Assembly (NCBI GenBank): GCA_013239625.1
Contig: MU056434.1
Coordinates: 806,001 to 870,000, forward strand
DNA length: 64,000 bases
Direction: 5' to 3'
Source of the DNA: Lama guanicoe
Lineage: Eukaryota
The stretch's first letter is position 1, and the number at the start of each line of letters is the position of its first letter. Positions 37,501 to 50,729 of the stretch are shown in pieces. A program made the position numbers and the translations under genes. A model generated the notes under the pieces. The model was not told the DNA's origin. It did not search any database and saw nothing but the letters and a program-made list of their open reading frames with translations.

Positions 37501-38609
37501 AGTGGGACCGGGCAGGGGGCTCCACCCTACCCCCACCCAGTGCAGACTTGGGCCTGGCAGTGTCCCTGCCTGCTTTCCCCAACCCACACCCACACTAGGA
37601 GAGCCTGCTGGGAGCTGGGCCTGCCTTTGTGCCCAGCTACCGCCAAAGGGAAGTGGGAACGCTGCAGCAGGCACGCCGACCATTTCCTGACCTCCTAAAT
37701 CCCACCCGAAGGCACACACATGCAGCCACCCACACACATCTCCACGGGCACCCCACGCCCGGCCACACTCTGGGGTTTCACCTACCCCAGAAAATGGTGG
37801 TGGGTGTCCTGAAAGTCCTGACAGGTCCCTGTAGTGGGAGAGGTAGGAATAGGGCTCCTGGAGGGTCAGCGCCCGGGGCAGACGCTGCACTGTCCTGGAC
37901 ACCTGGCAAGGCTGCCCCACCGAGACCTCTGAGACCAGGGAGGCCCCTGACTCCACAGCTGCAGTGCCCAACTTCCGGTCCACATGGTGGTCTCTGTGTG
38001 ATGGGGGGGGGGACACGGCCAGGACCCTGGACAGAAGCCCCCAGCCTGCACAGACCTGCCCCGGAGCCCAGTTCCCAAGGAAGAACCTGCTGCCCTTGGG
38101 GGACCCGGGAGAGCTGCCGTTTATTGGCACGAATGTCAGGGAACAGCTGATATGTATCCTCAAGAGGTTAGAGCCGGCACTGAGTGGGTGAGCTGGGAAC
38201 AAAGCATGAGGAGAAGGGTGAGCTGAACATGGAGGGTTGCGGGGGCTGAGAGGCAAACACGGCAGCCTGGACGCTCTGCGGGGCAGCAGACCAAACCCAC
38301 GGCAGTCTGGCCCAACCCGCAGAAAAGGGTAGAAAGCCACCAAAAGCGGGAAGGCAGGAGTGGAGGAGAATGGATCCCCCAGGACAGGAATTCCCTCAGG
38401 GAGACAGACAGGACACAGGAAACGCCGGGAACTGCCCTCAACAGCGAAGGCCTCTCGCAGGGCTGTGAGCGCTGCCTTGGAACCCGAGCTTTCTGCCCGG
38501 AAAGCAGCTGAGACCTGGCCACACTGAGGTCTGAACCCTGCTGCCCGCCGGGCTGTCCACATCCCGGAGGGGCTGGGTGTCGTCCATCCACAGCAACCTG
38601 CCGCCCCAC

Positions 38610-38662
38610 CCTTCGCCGCTTGGGCTGTAGGCGCTCTTCTACACAAGGAACAGCTGGCAGCT
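38610..38662 (-). other. ARVCF: Candidate ARVCF non-coding 5'UTR exon 2
   Basis: Possible ag|agctgcc...gcggcgaagg|gtgggg exon of ~53 nt between exon 1 and the ATG exon; weak pyrimidine tract; support is mostly recalled human gene structure. Confidence 0.25.
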
Positions 38663-41600
38663 CTTTTAACAGGATGCCTCACTTCCCCGCTTCACCTGAG
38701 AGCCTGCAAGAGTTAAGCCCAGCTCTGGACTTCCTTAAGGAAACATCGCTGGAGGTTCCGGGACTTTCAGAGATGATTTGTCCCCCAGGCCTCAGTGTCC
38801 CCACCTGTAACCTCGGTGTCCCCCCAGCACTGTGGCCCAGGGGCCCCTGAACCGCCCTCCAGGGCACAGAGTGAAGGGCAGGTCTCGTTACCCTGCAAAA
38901 TGCAGAGAGCAGCAAGTACATTCAGACGGATGGTGGCCTAATTAGGGTTCCACAGAGAGTGAAAGCACTTGGAAAAGGAAAAGTTTAACTAAAGGCATGT
39001 TTGAAATACCAAACCCATCAATTGCAAGCGTCAAGCTGGCAAGATGTGCTGGGGGGTGGGGTGCCTCCTCCCCAACCCGACACTGGTGAGAGAAGGGGGG
39101 CCTCGGGCGTCCCCCCAGCACAGGACCTAACTCGCAGGGATGGGCTGACGATGCCAGGCGCCCCAGCTGAGGGCCATGCTGCAACAGGGGATGGACGCCC
39201 AGGGCCCGGCGAAAGGCCACTTAGCAGCCCAACTGCCCAGGTGACAGCCCAGGCAGGGGACGAAGCAGAGCCGGGGAACAGCCTGATGCTGACTGTGGCT
39301 GCAGTGGCCGCTAGAGGCCCCAGGGAAGAGCTGAGGGGTGCAATGAGGCTGGTGGCCAGGGTCAACACACCAGACGGCCGCTGTGGGCCTGCAGAGACTG
39401 CCCAGCGTGGCTGGCCCTGCTGCATAGCCATGCCACCGGCCGTGAGTCACCAGGGCACAGGGCGCCCCTGCACTGAGCCGAGTGCAGCCCGCAGGGCCAG
39501 GTCCAAGCCTGAGGCCTGCCTGGGGGAATGTTCCTCTTCCTGCCCCAGCGGAGCAGCACGGGCTGCGGGCGGGAAGGGGCTTGGGGCTTCCGTGGGGCTG
39601 TGGCTCCTGCCTCTCACGCTGAGCCCACAGGAGGATGACCCAAGAGTCCAATCATAGAGGCCCCAGGATGCCTGGCTGAGAGTCGCTCACAGCCGAGAAG
39701 GCGGCCGGCCAGCAAAGCAGGCAAGATCACCACAAGGCAGGCAGAGTGGGCCGCCAGCCCCAGGCAGAGACACAAACAGGACATGTGCACATACCCAGCC
39801 TGGTGGTACCTGTTCGCCCCCTGCAGCATGACACAGCCACTTGGGCCAGGGACAGCTGCGTGGGACAGCCCATGACGCCACATCAGGAGATCCACGCCCT
39901 CCCTGCAGGGTGGCGCAGGGACATCCCCTCATAGGGAGCTGTGTGTTCACAAGCCGGATGCCAAAGAGGGGCCTGGATCACTCTGAGGGGCCTCCCTTTG
40001 GTTACTGTTCTCAGTAACCAAAGATGCTCCGACAGACTGTGAGGCTCAGGGAAACCAGGGCAGGATGTGCGTGGGCCTGCACACTGAGTCCCGGGGAGGA
40101 GGCCCCATCGGCATGGACAGGCACGAGCCTGCAGACTCAGTGCGCAGGACGACCGCGACCTCCGAGAACAGAGACTGGCCAAGGGGAGGCCCTGACACCA
40201 TCTTTTTAATGGGGCCGCGGGCGACCGCTACAGGGACCTTGAACCTGAGGACACAGAATGTCACATCTCCTGTTTCTGGTGACAGAAAACGTCAGTCAAG
40301 AATAGTTCAGATACAACCACAAAAAGAAAGTTCAACCCTCACCTCACGTTCACATCAGTAAATTCTAGATGGGTGAGCCCCCAAGTGTAAACGCTAACGT
40401 GGAAACACCTGCAGAAAAGACAGAGGTGCACTTACCCAGCCATGTGGCAGGAGGGCATGTGTGGAAGGACTAGAAGAAGAAAAACTCCAGATTCCAGCAC
40501 AAAACATGGAACATCTCTGGACACGACCCCCGTCATGAGCAAAAATTAAAGGGCCGAAAAGAGCCCACAGCCGCCATCAGTCAAGGAAGAACTCACGGCT
40601 GCCCTGACGCAGGAACGCGGCCCTGGGAAGCCCCGTGTGGGCCTCAGAGGTGCAGCCGAGCTCAGTGACCCCCCGCTTCCTCCTGGCTCCCCCTTCTAGG
40701 GGAGCCCCGCCTTCGTCCCTGTCCTTCAGTCCACACCAGCACTTCTCTCTGTGTGCTGCCCTCTCAGCCAGGCAGGGGACTCCACAGGGTGGGGTGGGGA
40801 GCTCGGCCTAATGCGGTCACAAGGTCTGGGCAGGTGCTAAATGGCCAGAGGTGGGTATGGAGACACATGGGGGCTTCCTGTCTGCCCTGGAACCAACTCA
40901 GTCCCAAGGCCCCCTCTCCACGCCCCTCGGTGTGGGCAGAGCAGAGATGGTCCCTCTGATGCCCACGGCAGATACGAGGGCAGGCCAGAGACAGGAGAGA
41001 GAGGGGCCCAGAGTGAAACAGAGGAAACCAGGACCACAAGGCAGGGAGGGAGGAACAGGGAACAGACAGGAAGGAGTGTGGCCCCTGGCCCTCTGCTCTG
41101 TCTCAGAGCCCTGGACATAGGACACTCAGGCATCTGGAGGCTCCTGAGTCTGTGGCCACTGCCTTCTTGCCACCACCCAAGTGCGGCACAGGCAGGGGCA
41201 GGCCCTCCACACTGGATGCTCAGGGATGCCGAGCCCCCCGAGGAGACGGTGTCAGGTAGGGCAGGGGCAGAGGACGGGACTGGGGAAGCCACCACATTCT
41301 GCAAATCAGGCATCGCAGCAAACTGACAGCCAGGGCCAGCGGGCATACTGCCCCCCACATAAGGTCCCAGGGGACACAAGCACCACTCAGCCTATGTCCA
41401 TGCCACACTTCCCAGGCACCAGACCTCAGTGCTGCTGGCGCTGTGATCAGCAGAGGAGCCCACAGGGTGGGGCCAGCACCCAGGGCCCTGGCTATGGTCA
41501 GAGAAGTCACAGCCCCTCGGTTACATGTTGTTCATGGCTGCTCCCCCCACGCCATGAACTAATGTGGCCGTGTGCGCCAGAGACCACAGGGCCCACAGAA

Positions 41601-43267
41601 CTAACTAGTTACTATTTGGCCCTTTCAGACAAAGCCTCCTCCTGGCCTCAGTGCCCTCCTCCTGGTACCTGGCATGTAGGCCCATCACCTGTCCCCACTG
41701 GAGACTCCAGCCTCCCCAGGGCAGCAGGGACCACCCTGAGCTGAGAGGTTGTGTGACACCAGGTGTCCAGGTCAAGGAAGGTGTGGATCAGCCCCAGCGA
41801 ACGTCCAAGTGGGCTGCCCCCACCACAAGCTCATCCCTCAAGCCAGGCGTCCAACCAGTGTCTGCTGTCCCCACACCCAGGCCCCAGTGAATACAAGCAG
41901 GTGTGGCAGGAAGGCCCAGGTCCAGCCCTGCCAGCCCAGGGTGCTGTGCCCACCCATGGTGAGGCTGACCTAAAGCACACACCACTCAGGGCCTTCCCTC
42001 CGTGGACCACACTGCCCGGCCCACCACCTGTGTGTGAGGAGGGGCTGGACGTCCAGGCCAAGCTCAGGTCACCTACCTGTCTTGAGGTGAGATCAGCATG
42101 TCTGGACACCCATCCTGCCCGCTCCACGTCCTGCAGGGAACCAGAGGGTACCTGGTGAGGCCAACCTGCAGGGCTAAGTCTCTTCTAGATGAGGCCAGAT
42201 CCCCAGCTAGGCACTATTCTCCCTGACCCGAGGGCGTCCCATGGTGCCCTGGACACAGACACGCTCCCACCCAATGATGTGTGCTCACCTGTCCCCAACC
42301 CACTGGCACCATCATGTCTGCAATTTGCATCGGCTGCCAGAGTCCCTCCTGGGCATTTCTGATGCTGTTAACTATACTTCAAAACCCTGACTGCTCAGAG
42401 CTGTGAGCTGACCATAACGTCTTTCCCCCTTCCAGAAGGTTGGGTGTGCTCCATTGTGATAAACTCTTACACCAGGGTGCCGTCGGCCTGGGCAGGTGGT
42501 CATGGCCCCCAGAAGTCTGCCCCCCACCTGCCCAGAGGACAGGCTGCCTGCATCTCCAGAGGCCAGCCCTGCTCTGTGTCCCTCCTTGGCCAGCAGCCCG
42601 CCTCCCAGCCCTGGGACTGAGGACCACGAGGCTTCCTGTCATGGCTGATGGCCTGGGGACACGTCCCCTCTCCTGGTATCTAGGCCTGGGGACATCGCCA
42701 AGTTAGCCTCGTTAAAATGAAACACAGCAGCACAGACAGGCGGGAGGGTCTGGGCTGAGGCTGGGAGGCCATCTCCGGGAGATTGCAGGGGTGGGGGCTC
42801 TCTCCCCTTGGCTCTCCAGTGTTTTCCAGATTGTTCCAAGCCTCAGTCCAGTCTTCCTTTGTGGACGTGGCTCATTTGGGGGCCTGAGGGGAGGGCCTTG
42901 AAGTCAGGGTGGGATCATGGGGAGAAATCAGGTCCTGGGCCAAAGGCAAGAAAGACCCCCTCCCCCGAGGCTGGGAGTGTGCGTGTGCATCGGGGGCTGG
43001 GGGGGTGTGGTTGGGAGTCTGCAGCCCACTGCGCCTTTCCACCCAAGGCAGCAGCTGTCGCTCTGAGCCTGAGGTCTGCGGCTCAGGAATCAGCTTTGGC
43101 TCAGAATATGTTTCTGGGACACCTCACATTTTGGCTTAAGTGTTCACATAGATCTCGTCCCACGCAGAACTACGTGCCTTTATTAGCAGTCCTGATAACC
43201 GCCAGCCTCTCCCCAGTGTTGGCTATACCCCATCATCTCAGTGACTCTCACTAGGAGCCTGGGGTCA

Positions 43268-43350
43268 GCCTAACACCCCATTTTACAGATGGGGAAACTG
43301 GGTCCAGGCAAGGAAGCACTGGGCCAGGATTCGAACTCAGGTCTTCCTGC
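43268..43350. mobile_element. MIR SINE fragment
   Basis: cccattttacagatggggaaactg...ggccaggattcgaactcaggtct core. Confidence 0.7.
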
Positions 43351-44707
43351 CCCTAGGACCCCACTATTCACTCACCCAGATGGGGATGTGCGCCCAAGGG
43401 AAGAATGTGGCTTCCACCTTGTGGGACTCCAGCAGGCCCAGAACTCCACAAATGCAGAGGAGGGACAGTAGTCAACACCAGTAAGTGGCGGGGGTTGAGG
43501 GGAGGGTATCTGCAGGGCTGCAGCAGGGAGGGGGCCAGAAGGAGCTTCCTGCAGGAGGAGGAGGGTGGGAACAGGGGACTGGGAGGGTCTGGGGCATGCA
43601 GGGTGGTGATAGGACCTGTGGCAGGGTCTCCGTCCGCAGAGCGTCTTGTCTCAGCAGAAGCATATGGATGTGGGGGGTAGGGAGACAGAGCCTGGCAAGA
43701 GCCCTTGGGCAGTGGACAGACAGATGGACAGGCTTGAGATATGAAGGTACAACCAGTGATGGGATTTGTGCCGAGAAAGCAGGGGTACCTGTCTTAGGTA
43801 GCCCTTCTCAACACCCTCTCAGAGCTGGTCTGCAGGCTCAAAGGTCCCCTGCTTGGCCAAGGATCCTGCACCAAGAGCCTTGGGCCAAGGGAGCCACCAC
43901 CCCTAGCCTTGGAAAGCCTGCTGTGTGTTCGGACTGGGGCAGGAGCCCTCTGCAAGGGCCAGCCAAGAGCCAGAACAGCAAGCTTGGACCACAGATGTCT
44001 GATGGCTTCAGGAAGCCCCCATGGGCACAAGTCTGGAAGAGGGATGGGGCTCAGGCTGGGTGGGCTGGGTAGGCGGCTCGGGGCTCTGGTGGGTGATGAG
44101 GAGCCCAGGTGGGGGTCAGGCAGGCCTGCAGAGAGCTTGCCCTGCACTTGAGCCTTGGTCCTGCTGCCCCACTGTAAACCCAGGCCGCCGGTCACTCTGC
44201 GGACATTGTGAGAAGGCACCCCTGTAGTTGCGCTGTTCTGTTTACAGATGACACTGAGGCAGAGAGGCACAGCCCTGTGCTGAGTGGCTGGCTCAGAGAT
44301 CTCACCTGGTCCCCTGGATAGTGGCAGGATGGCCTATGGGAGCCAGAGAGGCGCCTGGGGCACACACCTGAAGGAGAGCCCTCCTCCACTGTCCTTGCTG
44401 GAGCCTGTGCTCCACCACCCCGCCACCCAGCCCTTGGGCCGCCAGGGTGGTGAGGGCACTGGGGTGCTGAGGGCCTCACCCCAGCGACCCTTGTTCCTCT
44501 CCAGCTCCCCATCCCAGATAGGGCCTGGAGAAAGCAGAGCTGTGGCTTCCCAGCGGGTGCCCCAGGAAGCGTCCCCACCGCTGAAGGAGGCTGGGTGGAG
44601 CTGGTCTTGACGGGCATGGTGGTCCCGGGTGCCCTCTGGTGGCCGCACTCAGCTGGTTGCTGCTTTGCTAGAGACTGCCGGCCCCTCAGTGTCCACTGGG
44701 GCAGTGA

Positions 44708-45230
44708 NNNNNNNNNNNNNNNNNNNNNNNNNNNNNNNNNNNNNNNNNNNNNNNNNNNNNNNNNNNNNNNNNNNNNNNNNNNNNNNNNNNNNNNNNNNNN
44801 NNNNNNNNNNNNNNNNNNNNNNNNNNNNNNNNNNNNNNNNNNNNNNNNNNNNNNNNNNNNNNNNNNNNNNNNNNNNNNNNNNNNNNNNNNNNNNNNNNNN
44901 NNNNNNNNNNNNNNNNNNNNNNNNNNNNNNNNNNNNNNNNNNNNNNNNNNNNNNNNNNNNNNNNNNNNNNNNNNNNNNNNNNNNNNNNNNNNNNNNNNNN
45001 NNNNNNNNNNNNNNNNNNNNNNNNNNNNNNNNNNNNNNNNNNNNNNNNNNNNNNNNNNNNNNNNNNNNNNNNNNNNNNNNNNNNNNNNNNNNNNNNNNNN
45101 NNNNNNNNNNNNNNNNNNNNNNNNNNNNNNNNNNNNNNNNNNNNNNNNNNNNNNNNNNNNNNNNNNNNNNNNNNNNNNNNNNNNNNNNNNNNNNNNNNNN
45201 NNNNNNNNNNNNNNNNNNNNNNNNNNNNNN
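44708..45230. other. Assembly gap (523 N) in the ARVCF 5' intronic region
   Basis: Run of N. Confidence 1.
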
Positions 45231-46639
45231 GGGGATCCACATGGGTGATGTGAGTGCCCACCAGCTCTGGGCCCCTCTTACTGACCTGTGAAACAGGCTG
45301 AGCTGGGCAGCCCTCCCAGTCAGAAAGGCCCAGGAAGGAATTCCTCACCCCATGTCTCCCTGTTACTCTCTGATGCCGGGGCTCCTGCATAGGGGCCCAG
45401 ACTTCATCCTAGTCTTGATAGAAGCTAGTAGCAAAGGGACAGATGCCCTCCTCAATCTGAGCCACTGCTAGGGAAGGTCCCAGAACCCTTGTAGCCTCCC
45501 TGGCATCCCATAGCACTTGCCCCCAGGACCACCACCCCAGCTCTGCCCCCTCCCTCCCTCTGCCAAGGCCATCCCAGGTCACAGGGCAGATGTGAGGGGC
45601 TGGCTGAGGCTCTGGCATTCCTGGTGTCCTCACCCAGCTGTGCTACGGTTCTTGGCTCCTCTTGGAGGTGCAGGATCCCACTACCTGTGGTCCCTAGGCC
45701 TGTCTCCTGGGGTGAAGGGGATGCAGTGAACCCACCCTGAACCCCTGTGCAGCACAGACAGCTTCACCCTCACAGAAACTAGGAAGTACAGAGGGACCCC
45801 TGGGACTGAGAAGAGATCAGAGGGGCCACCTCAGGGGGGAGGCATGCAGCCCAGATTGGGGGGCAGCTCTAACCTAGCAGGACTGAGGGCTGGTACCTGG
45901 TCAGCAGGCACTCCTGTCCATGTAGGAAAGCCCATAAGGAGAGCAGGCAGGGCTGGCTGGGCTGTGCTCATGTGAACTACTCCCCAGGCCAGGGCTACAG
46001 CTCTGTGCCTAGCCCTGTACTGGGCACCTGGGGGCCTGAGACTAGAGGGCCTGGGGCGGCTGGGGACAGACAAGGTACTCTGGATGGGACGGAGCAAGGC
46101 TGGGGGAAAGCACAAGTTCCAGATTTATAGCCCCACACACTGCTCGGGAACTCACTGGCCATGGGTCCAACACTGTCCCAGATCCAGATACACTGAGCAC
46201 AGGACAGGTGGGACCTGCTGGGGATGTGCAGACCCCTGGCAGCCTGGATCTGGGAGTAGAGGCAGAAGGAGTCACAGTGGGTGGAGGCTTCCAGTGCTGA
46301 CCCACTGTCTCCCCGGGTTACTCTCCGATGCTCCCTCATGGGAGAAAGTGCCCTATAGGTCGCTTATCATTCCAACCCCCTGGGTTCATAAATCCTGACC
46401 TGGCATGTGCCCTGCACGGTGACTCAAGTGACAAGGGTAAGTGGTGTGAGTGGTGGCTTAAATGAAAAACCTATCTTAAAGAATGAAGGATAGTTCTTTG
46501 CTTTCCTTCTTCCTGAACAAGCCTGGAGTCCTCGAGCTCCGTTTTCACTGTGACACGTTATGCAGAGGTTAGAAATGGTGACATATTGTAAGAACCCAAG
46601 ATTTAATTATTTAAAATGAAAATACGGAAACTGGGGATC

Positions 46640-47800
46640 TCCAGCCGCCCGCCCGCGGTGACACCGCAGCAAATCCGGGCCGATTTCCACTCCAAGTAGT
46701 GGGGATGCACCTCGGCCAGGGGCCCACCGACGGGGTGCCGGGGGACAAGTACCCAGGTTGAGGTTCCGGGCAGGGACGCTAGGCAGCGTCTCATCCCTTG
46801 TCCCCTGGGCGGTGGGAGCAGCGCAGCCCAGCGACATCCCTTCGGCTGGGCCAGGCCCGCGCTTCCCGGCGGCGCGTCGCCCCAGCAAAGTTCCCCCGCC
46901 CGGGGTCCCTCTGGCCAAAGGAAAGTTTCTGTGGCTGCGCAGCCCTGGCTCGAGATGCCCGGTCGAGCGGGGCGGACACGACTTCGGCCAGGCCGAGACT
47001 GGAGGGGTGCGCGGAGCGGGGCGCACAACCGGTCAGACAGGACCCGAGGCCGCGCACAAAGGGACCCGCCCCCGCCAGTCTGGGGTCCGCGCACCGCGAC
47101 GCGGGTAAGGTGCGGGTGGGGCAGGGCCAGGCAGGACCCTGGGACCCGACTCCAGCCCGGACCTCGCCTCCGGCCCCTGCCTGGCCTGCAGTCCTGATCC
47201 CGGGCGGGACCCCGACCCCGGTCCCCAGCCCGAGCCTACCTGGAGCGCGGCGTGGGCGGCTCCGCAGCGCGGCTCCCGACCCAGACGGGCGTCCCCGAGT
47301 CCCTCGGCTCACAGCGTCCCCAGGTGGGCGCCGGTGGCTGTCCGGGGACCTCGCTCGCGCGGGTGCGGAGCCCGCACCCTCGGCAGCCCCAGCCCGCCCT
47401 CCGCCCCTTGCGCGGCCCGTGCGCAAAGCGGGCCTGCCGGCACCACGACCCTCGTCCCGCCCCATCGCTACCAGTGTTCCCATTGGTCGGAAGACCCGGC
47501 AACCGGCGCCGATTGGACGGGTGCGAGGAGACGCCGGCTTGCCATTGGGCCCTCGGAGTGTCCGTCTCGGCTGAAGACGGCCCCTCGTGGAGTGGCGGAG
47601 GCCCCAGGCACCTGCCGGGACCGCTGCGGCGGCGGCGGCCAGGGAGGGCCACCCTCTACGGGCCGCCTTCGAGGAAGTCCCCGGACTGTACGGCCCGGGC
47701 AGGGAGGGATCAGGCCGCGTTCCCTCCATCACCACCCCGAGTTCGTAGGTATCCTTCTCCAGAGACTGCTGTTGGCCGCGCCCTCCCGTCGACATCAATG
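46640..47800 (-). promoter_or_regulatory. ARVCF: ARVCF main CpG-island promoter with three CCAAT boxes
   Basis: CpG island; ATTGG at 47482, 47512, 47544 (CCAAT on -), upstream of the exon-1 donor. Confidence 0.85.
47240..47440 (-). other. ARVCF: ARVCF non-coding exon 1 (TSS approximate)
   Basis: Donor CTCCAG|gtaggc at 47240 just downstream of the CCAAT cluster. Confidence 0.65.
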
Positions 47801-47832
47801 CTATTTCCTACAATACGGAGTGTTCTGCTGTT

Positions 47833-47925
47833 CTCCCATTTTACAGACGGGAAATCGAGGCCCAGAGACGTTCTCGCTTGCTCTAGGTCACCGGGACTCG
47901 AACCCAGTCCATCTGACTCCCGAGC
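47833..47925. mobile_element. MIR SINE fragment
   Basis: cccattttacagacgggaaatcgaggcccagaga...gggactcgaacccagtccatctgactcc. Confidence 0.7.
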
Positions 47926-48189
47926 CTGGGAGCCCTTCTACCCTCATCGCCCCAAGTTTTCCCCAGTGGAGGCCCACGTGGGTGGGGTCAGCAGTGTTTC
48001 CAGGAGTAGAAAGGGACCCCTCCATGACCAACGGCTTTCCTCCCCTATCAGGCCTGAATCTGCAGACCCTCTGCAGGGCCCAGGGGACTGGCCTTCATAG
48101 GGCTCATGGCATGGCCACAGATCTGGGCCTGGGGGGAGGGGGAGTTTGTGCATTCATTGTCCCCCTCCTTCATGGGGTTCCCTTCCTCC

Positions 48190-49400
48190 ACCCTACCTGT
48201 GGGGATGTGGGATCACTGTGAGGCTCAGCCACCCAAGTTGAATTCAGCACAATTTGCATTTTCCTGCTTGGTGGAGAGTAGCCACTTGGTCCCTGTGATG
48301 ATACAGGGCACACCCATAACCACAAATGGGACTAGAAACCTAGGCCAGCTCCATTTAACTTTGGGGGGGTGAGGCCACCAGTGGGGATGCTGCCCATTGG
48401 GGTTTGTTTCAGGGGGTCCCTGACTAGGGACCCTGGCTCATGCACGGTTCTCAGCCTTTCCTGGCCCTGCCTGACCAGATGATCCTTGGCTCATCGTTTT
48501 CCCCAGAACCATACCACCCACATTAGTGCTAACAGAGGGGACCAGATATGCATGTTTTATCCACCCATGTCAGGAGTCCAGTGTGTTCACCCAGTAGTTG
48601 CTTGGTCAGAACAAAGAAAAGGAAATGATTTTCGGCCGGAACTCACCACTGGTACCACCTGTGCCCTGGCATATGTGGCAAATCAGCCCCAGCAGTCATT
48701 CAGTGCCCGGCAGCCACAGCTAACTGGCTGGAATTGGCACTGGAGGTGTCAGTAGCACTGGAAGTGACAGCCATTTGGCACCCTGGCACAGAGATGTTGC
48801 TCAAAGCTCTGGGTGGGTGTAATGAAGGGTCACTCTCTAGGTCTTGTCTTGCGGAAACTGCACCATAGGGGACCTTCTGGCCCAGCTGCCATGTGGACTG
48901 GGGTGGGGGTTCTCTTTTCTATATTTAGAAGAAGACTTAATTAGCCCAGTGGTCCCTGTGGATCCTTCCAAGGGCCCTGGTCCTCCTGAACCCCTCCTCT
49001 CACAATGACCTTATGGTCCAGCATCACTTCCCCACACACTTGCTGATGGTGGCAAAAGGGGCTGCACATACCTCTGCTGGAGAGCAAAGGGGGTAGAGAA
49101 TTGTGCACCCGAATCGGCCCAGCTGAGGACTGCCTCCCTCCCCCCACCTCTCCTGACAGGGCTCCAGACACCTGTCTACCCATCAAGCTGGATTACCGGG
49201 TGCATTCGGAGGATCAGGGTGGGCAATGCCAGTTCCAAGAGGACTCAGGGCCTCTGTCTGGCAGTGGATCCACCATGACCCAGGCTGCAAATGGGGGTTG
49301 AAACAGTCAGATTGCAGGGGAGATGGCCTCTATCACTAGTCCACTGCTGCAGGGACCAGTAGCCCGGTCTCCTCCCTCTCTCGCACCTCTCCACCTGGCT
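48190..49400. mobile_element. Decayed ERVL/MaLR-like internal fragment between the ARVCF and TANGO2 promoters
   Basis: CpG-depleted, retroviral-internal-like sequence without an intact ORF; family assignment from resemblance only. Confidence 0.35.
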
Positions 49401-49459
49401 TCTGGCCAACTCTGTAGGGTCTGAGGTATGTAACTAAAGACACAGGGAGAAAAAGGTTT

Positions 49460-49570
49460 CACCTGGATGTCAGAAAGAACTTTCCAACAGTTGCAGATGC
49501 TCAGAAATCAAAAGGGTGACTGCACAAGGTAATGAACTCTCCATCTAAGGATGTATGTAATTAGAGGTAG
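49460..49570 (+). mobile_element. CR1/L3-like 3' fragment
   Basis: ggatgtcagaaagaactttccaacag...aggtaatgaactctccatctaaggatgt resembles the L3 3' end. Confidence 0.5.
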
Positions 49571-50277
49571 TGTGGCAGTGAACCCCATGCAGCCCCGAGA
49601 CCCCATCCCGCCCTATCTCAGTAGCCTATAGCAGAGTGGGATTTACACTTCCATCCAAGCCATGTGTGACTGCATCCCCCCCTCTCCCACCCCCATGCAG
49701 GCAATGGAAAAGACTGCTCTCAAGGGCTTGGCTAATCTGTGTTCCACCTCTCTAAGGCATGTGGCCCAGTCTTTGGGGCAGACCACTCTGCAGCTGCTGC
49801 CCCATACCACAGGATGTGGTCACTCACCTCTAGCCCCAGGTCCTGCTTATCCAACACTACCACCTCTTGGTTGGACTGCATGGTCCAGCCGCCCAGAGGG
49901 AAATCACTGGCACCCACCCTGCACGACTCTGTTGCCAGGTAGCAGGAGGGAGGACTGTGTGTCTTGCTGGGTCTGCTGCCTGTTGTCCTTGAGTCCTTGG
50001 GCATTGAGGGTCCCTGACTTCTGTGTCTGCAAAGGGCTTATGTTGAGTTCTGGGAGGAACACAGAGATGTGGCGAAAGAGTGGGGTGGGACGGGCCTTTG
50101 GGGGTGTCAAACGGGTCTGAGTTTGGCTGTTGCCTGTGCTGACTACCAGCCAGGCCCTTGCTCTGCCGAAGCCCCAGTTTTCACAGGGTGTCAGCGCTCC
50201 AAGTCAGGATCAGGGCACCTACGTCCTCAACGCAGGGCTGTGGAGCTAATTCAGCCACTGCCACTTGCCACCTTTTT

Positions 50278-50400
50278 TTGACTTCAAGCAAGTGATACAC
50301 CTAACTGTTCTGGGCCTCAGTGTTTGCATCTGTAAAATGAGACGAATGAGCTGTGTCCAGGAACACTGAGTTTAGAGCCCTTAGCACCTTGTTATTAACC
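50278..50400. mobile_element. MIR SINE fragment
   Basis: tctgggcctcagtgtttgcatctgtaaaatgag core. Confidence 0.6.
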
Positions 50401-50729
50401 TTAATGAAACTGTCACTCTTGTCATGGTCTACTGAGGGCCCACTTTGGAGCAAGCTCTGGGCCTCTGACTCTCCACTTTCCCTGCACTCAAGGCCCCAGA
50501 TACAGCCCAGGGAATGCCTGCCCTGTTGCGAGGGCCCAGGTCAGTGCTCCTTCCCAGCTTCCTGCTCACTTGCAGCCTGGTGCAGATTTGGCCAGCAGCC
50601 CTCCATGCTGGGGGCCAGACCTGCAGAACAGCCTCGAGGAGAGTTAAAGGCTGTGGTGGCAGGGCCAGGGTCTGCCATGAGCGCGGCAGGGATGTCAGGG
50701 GTCAGGACTGCAATGAAGAAGATGGCCAG

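Noticed and set aside
37153-38682. 509-aa minus-strand ORF in an ARVCF 5' intron
   Set aside because: No recognisable domain; G/P/A/R/S/W-rich composition typical of stop-poor high-GC intron DNA.
44595-45390. ORFs with long X runs
   Set aside because: Artefacts of the N gap.
46791-48221. Several 250-335-aa ORFs over the ARVCF promoter
   Set aside because: CpG-island ORFs on both strands with low-complexity R/G/P/A content.
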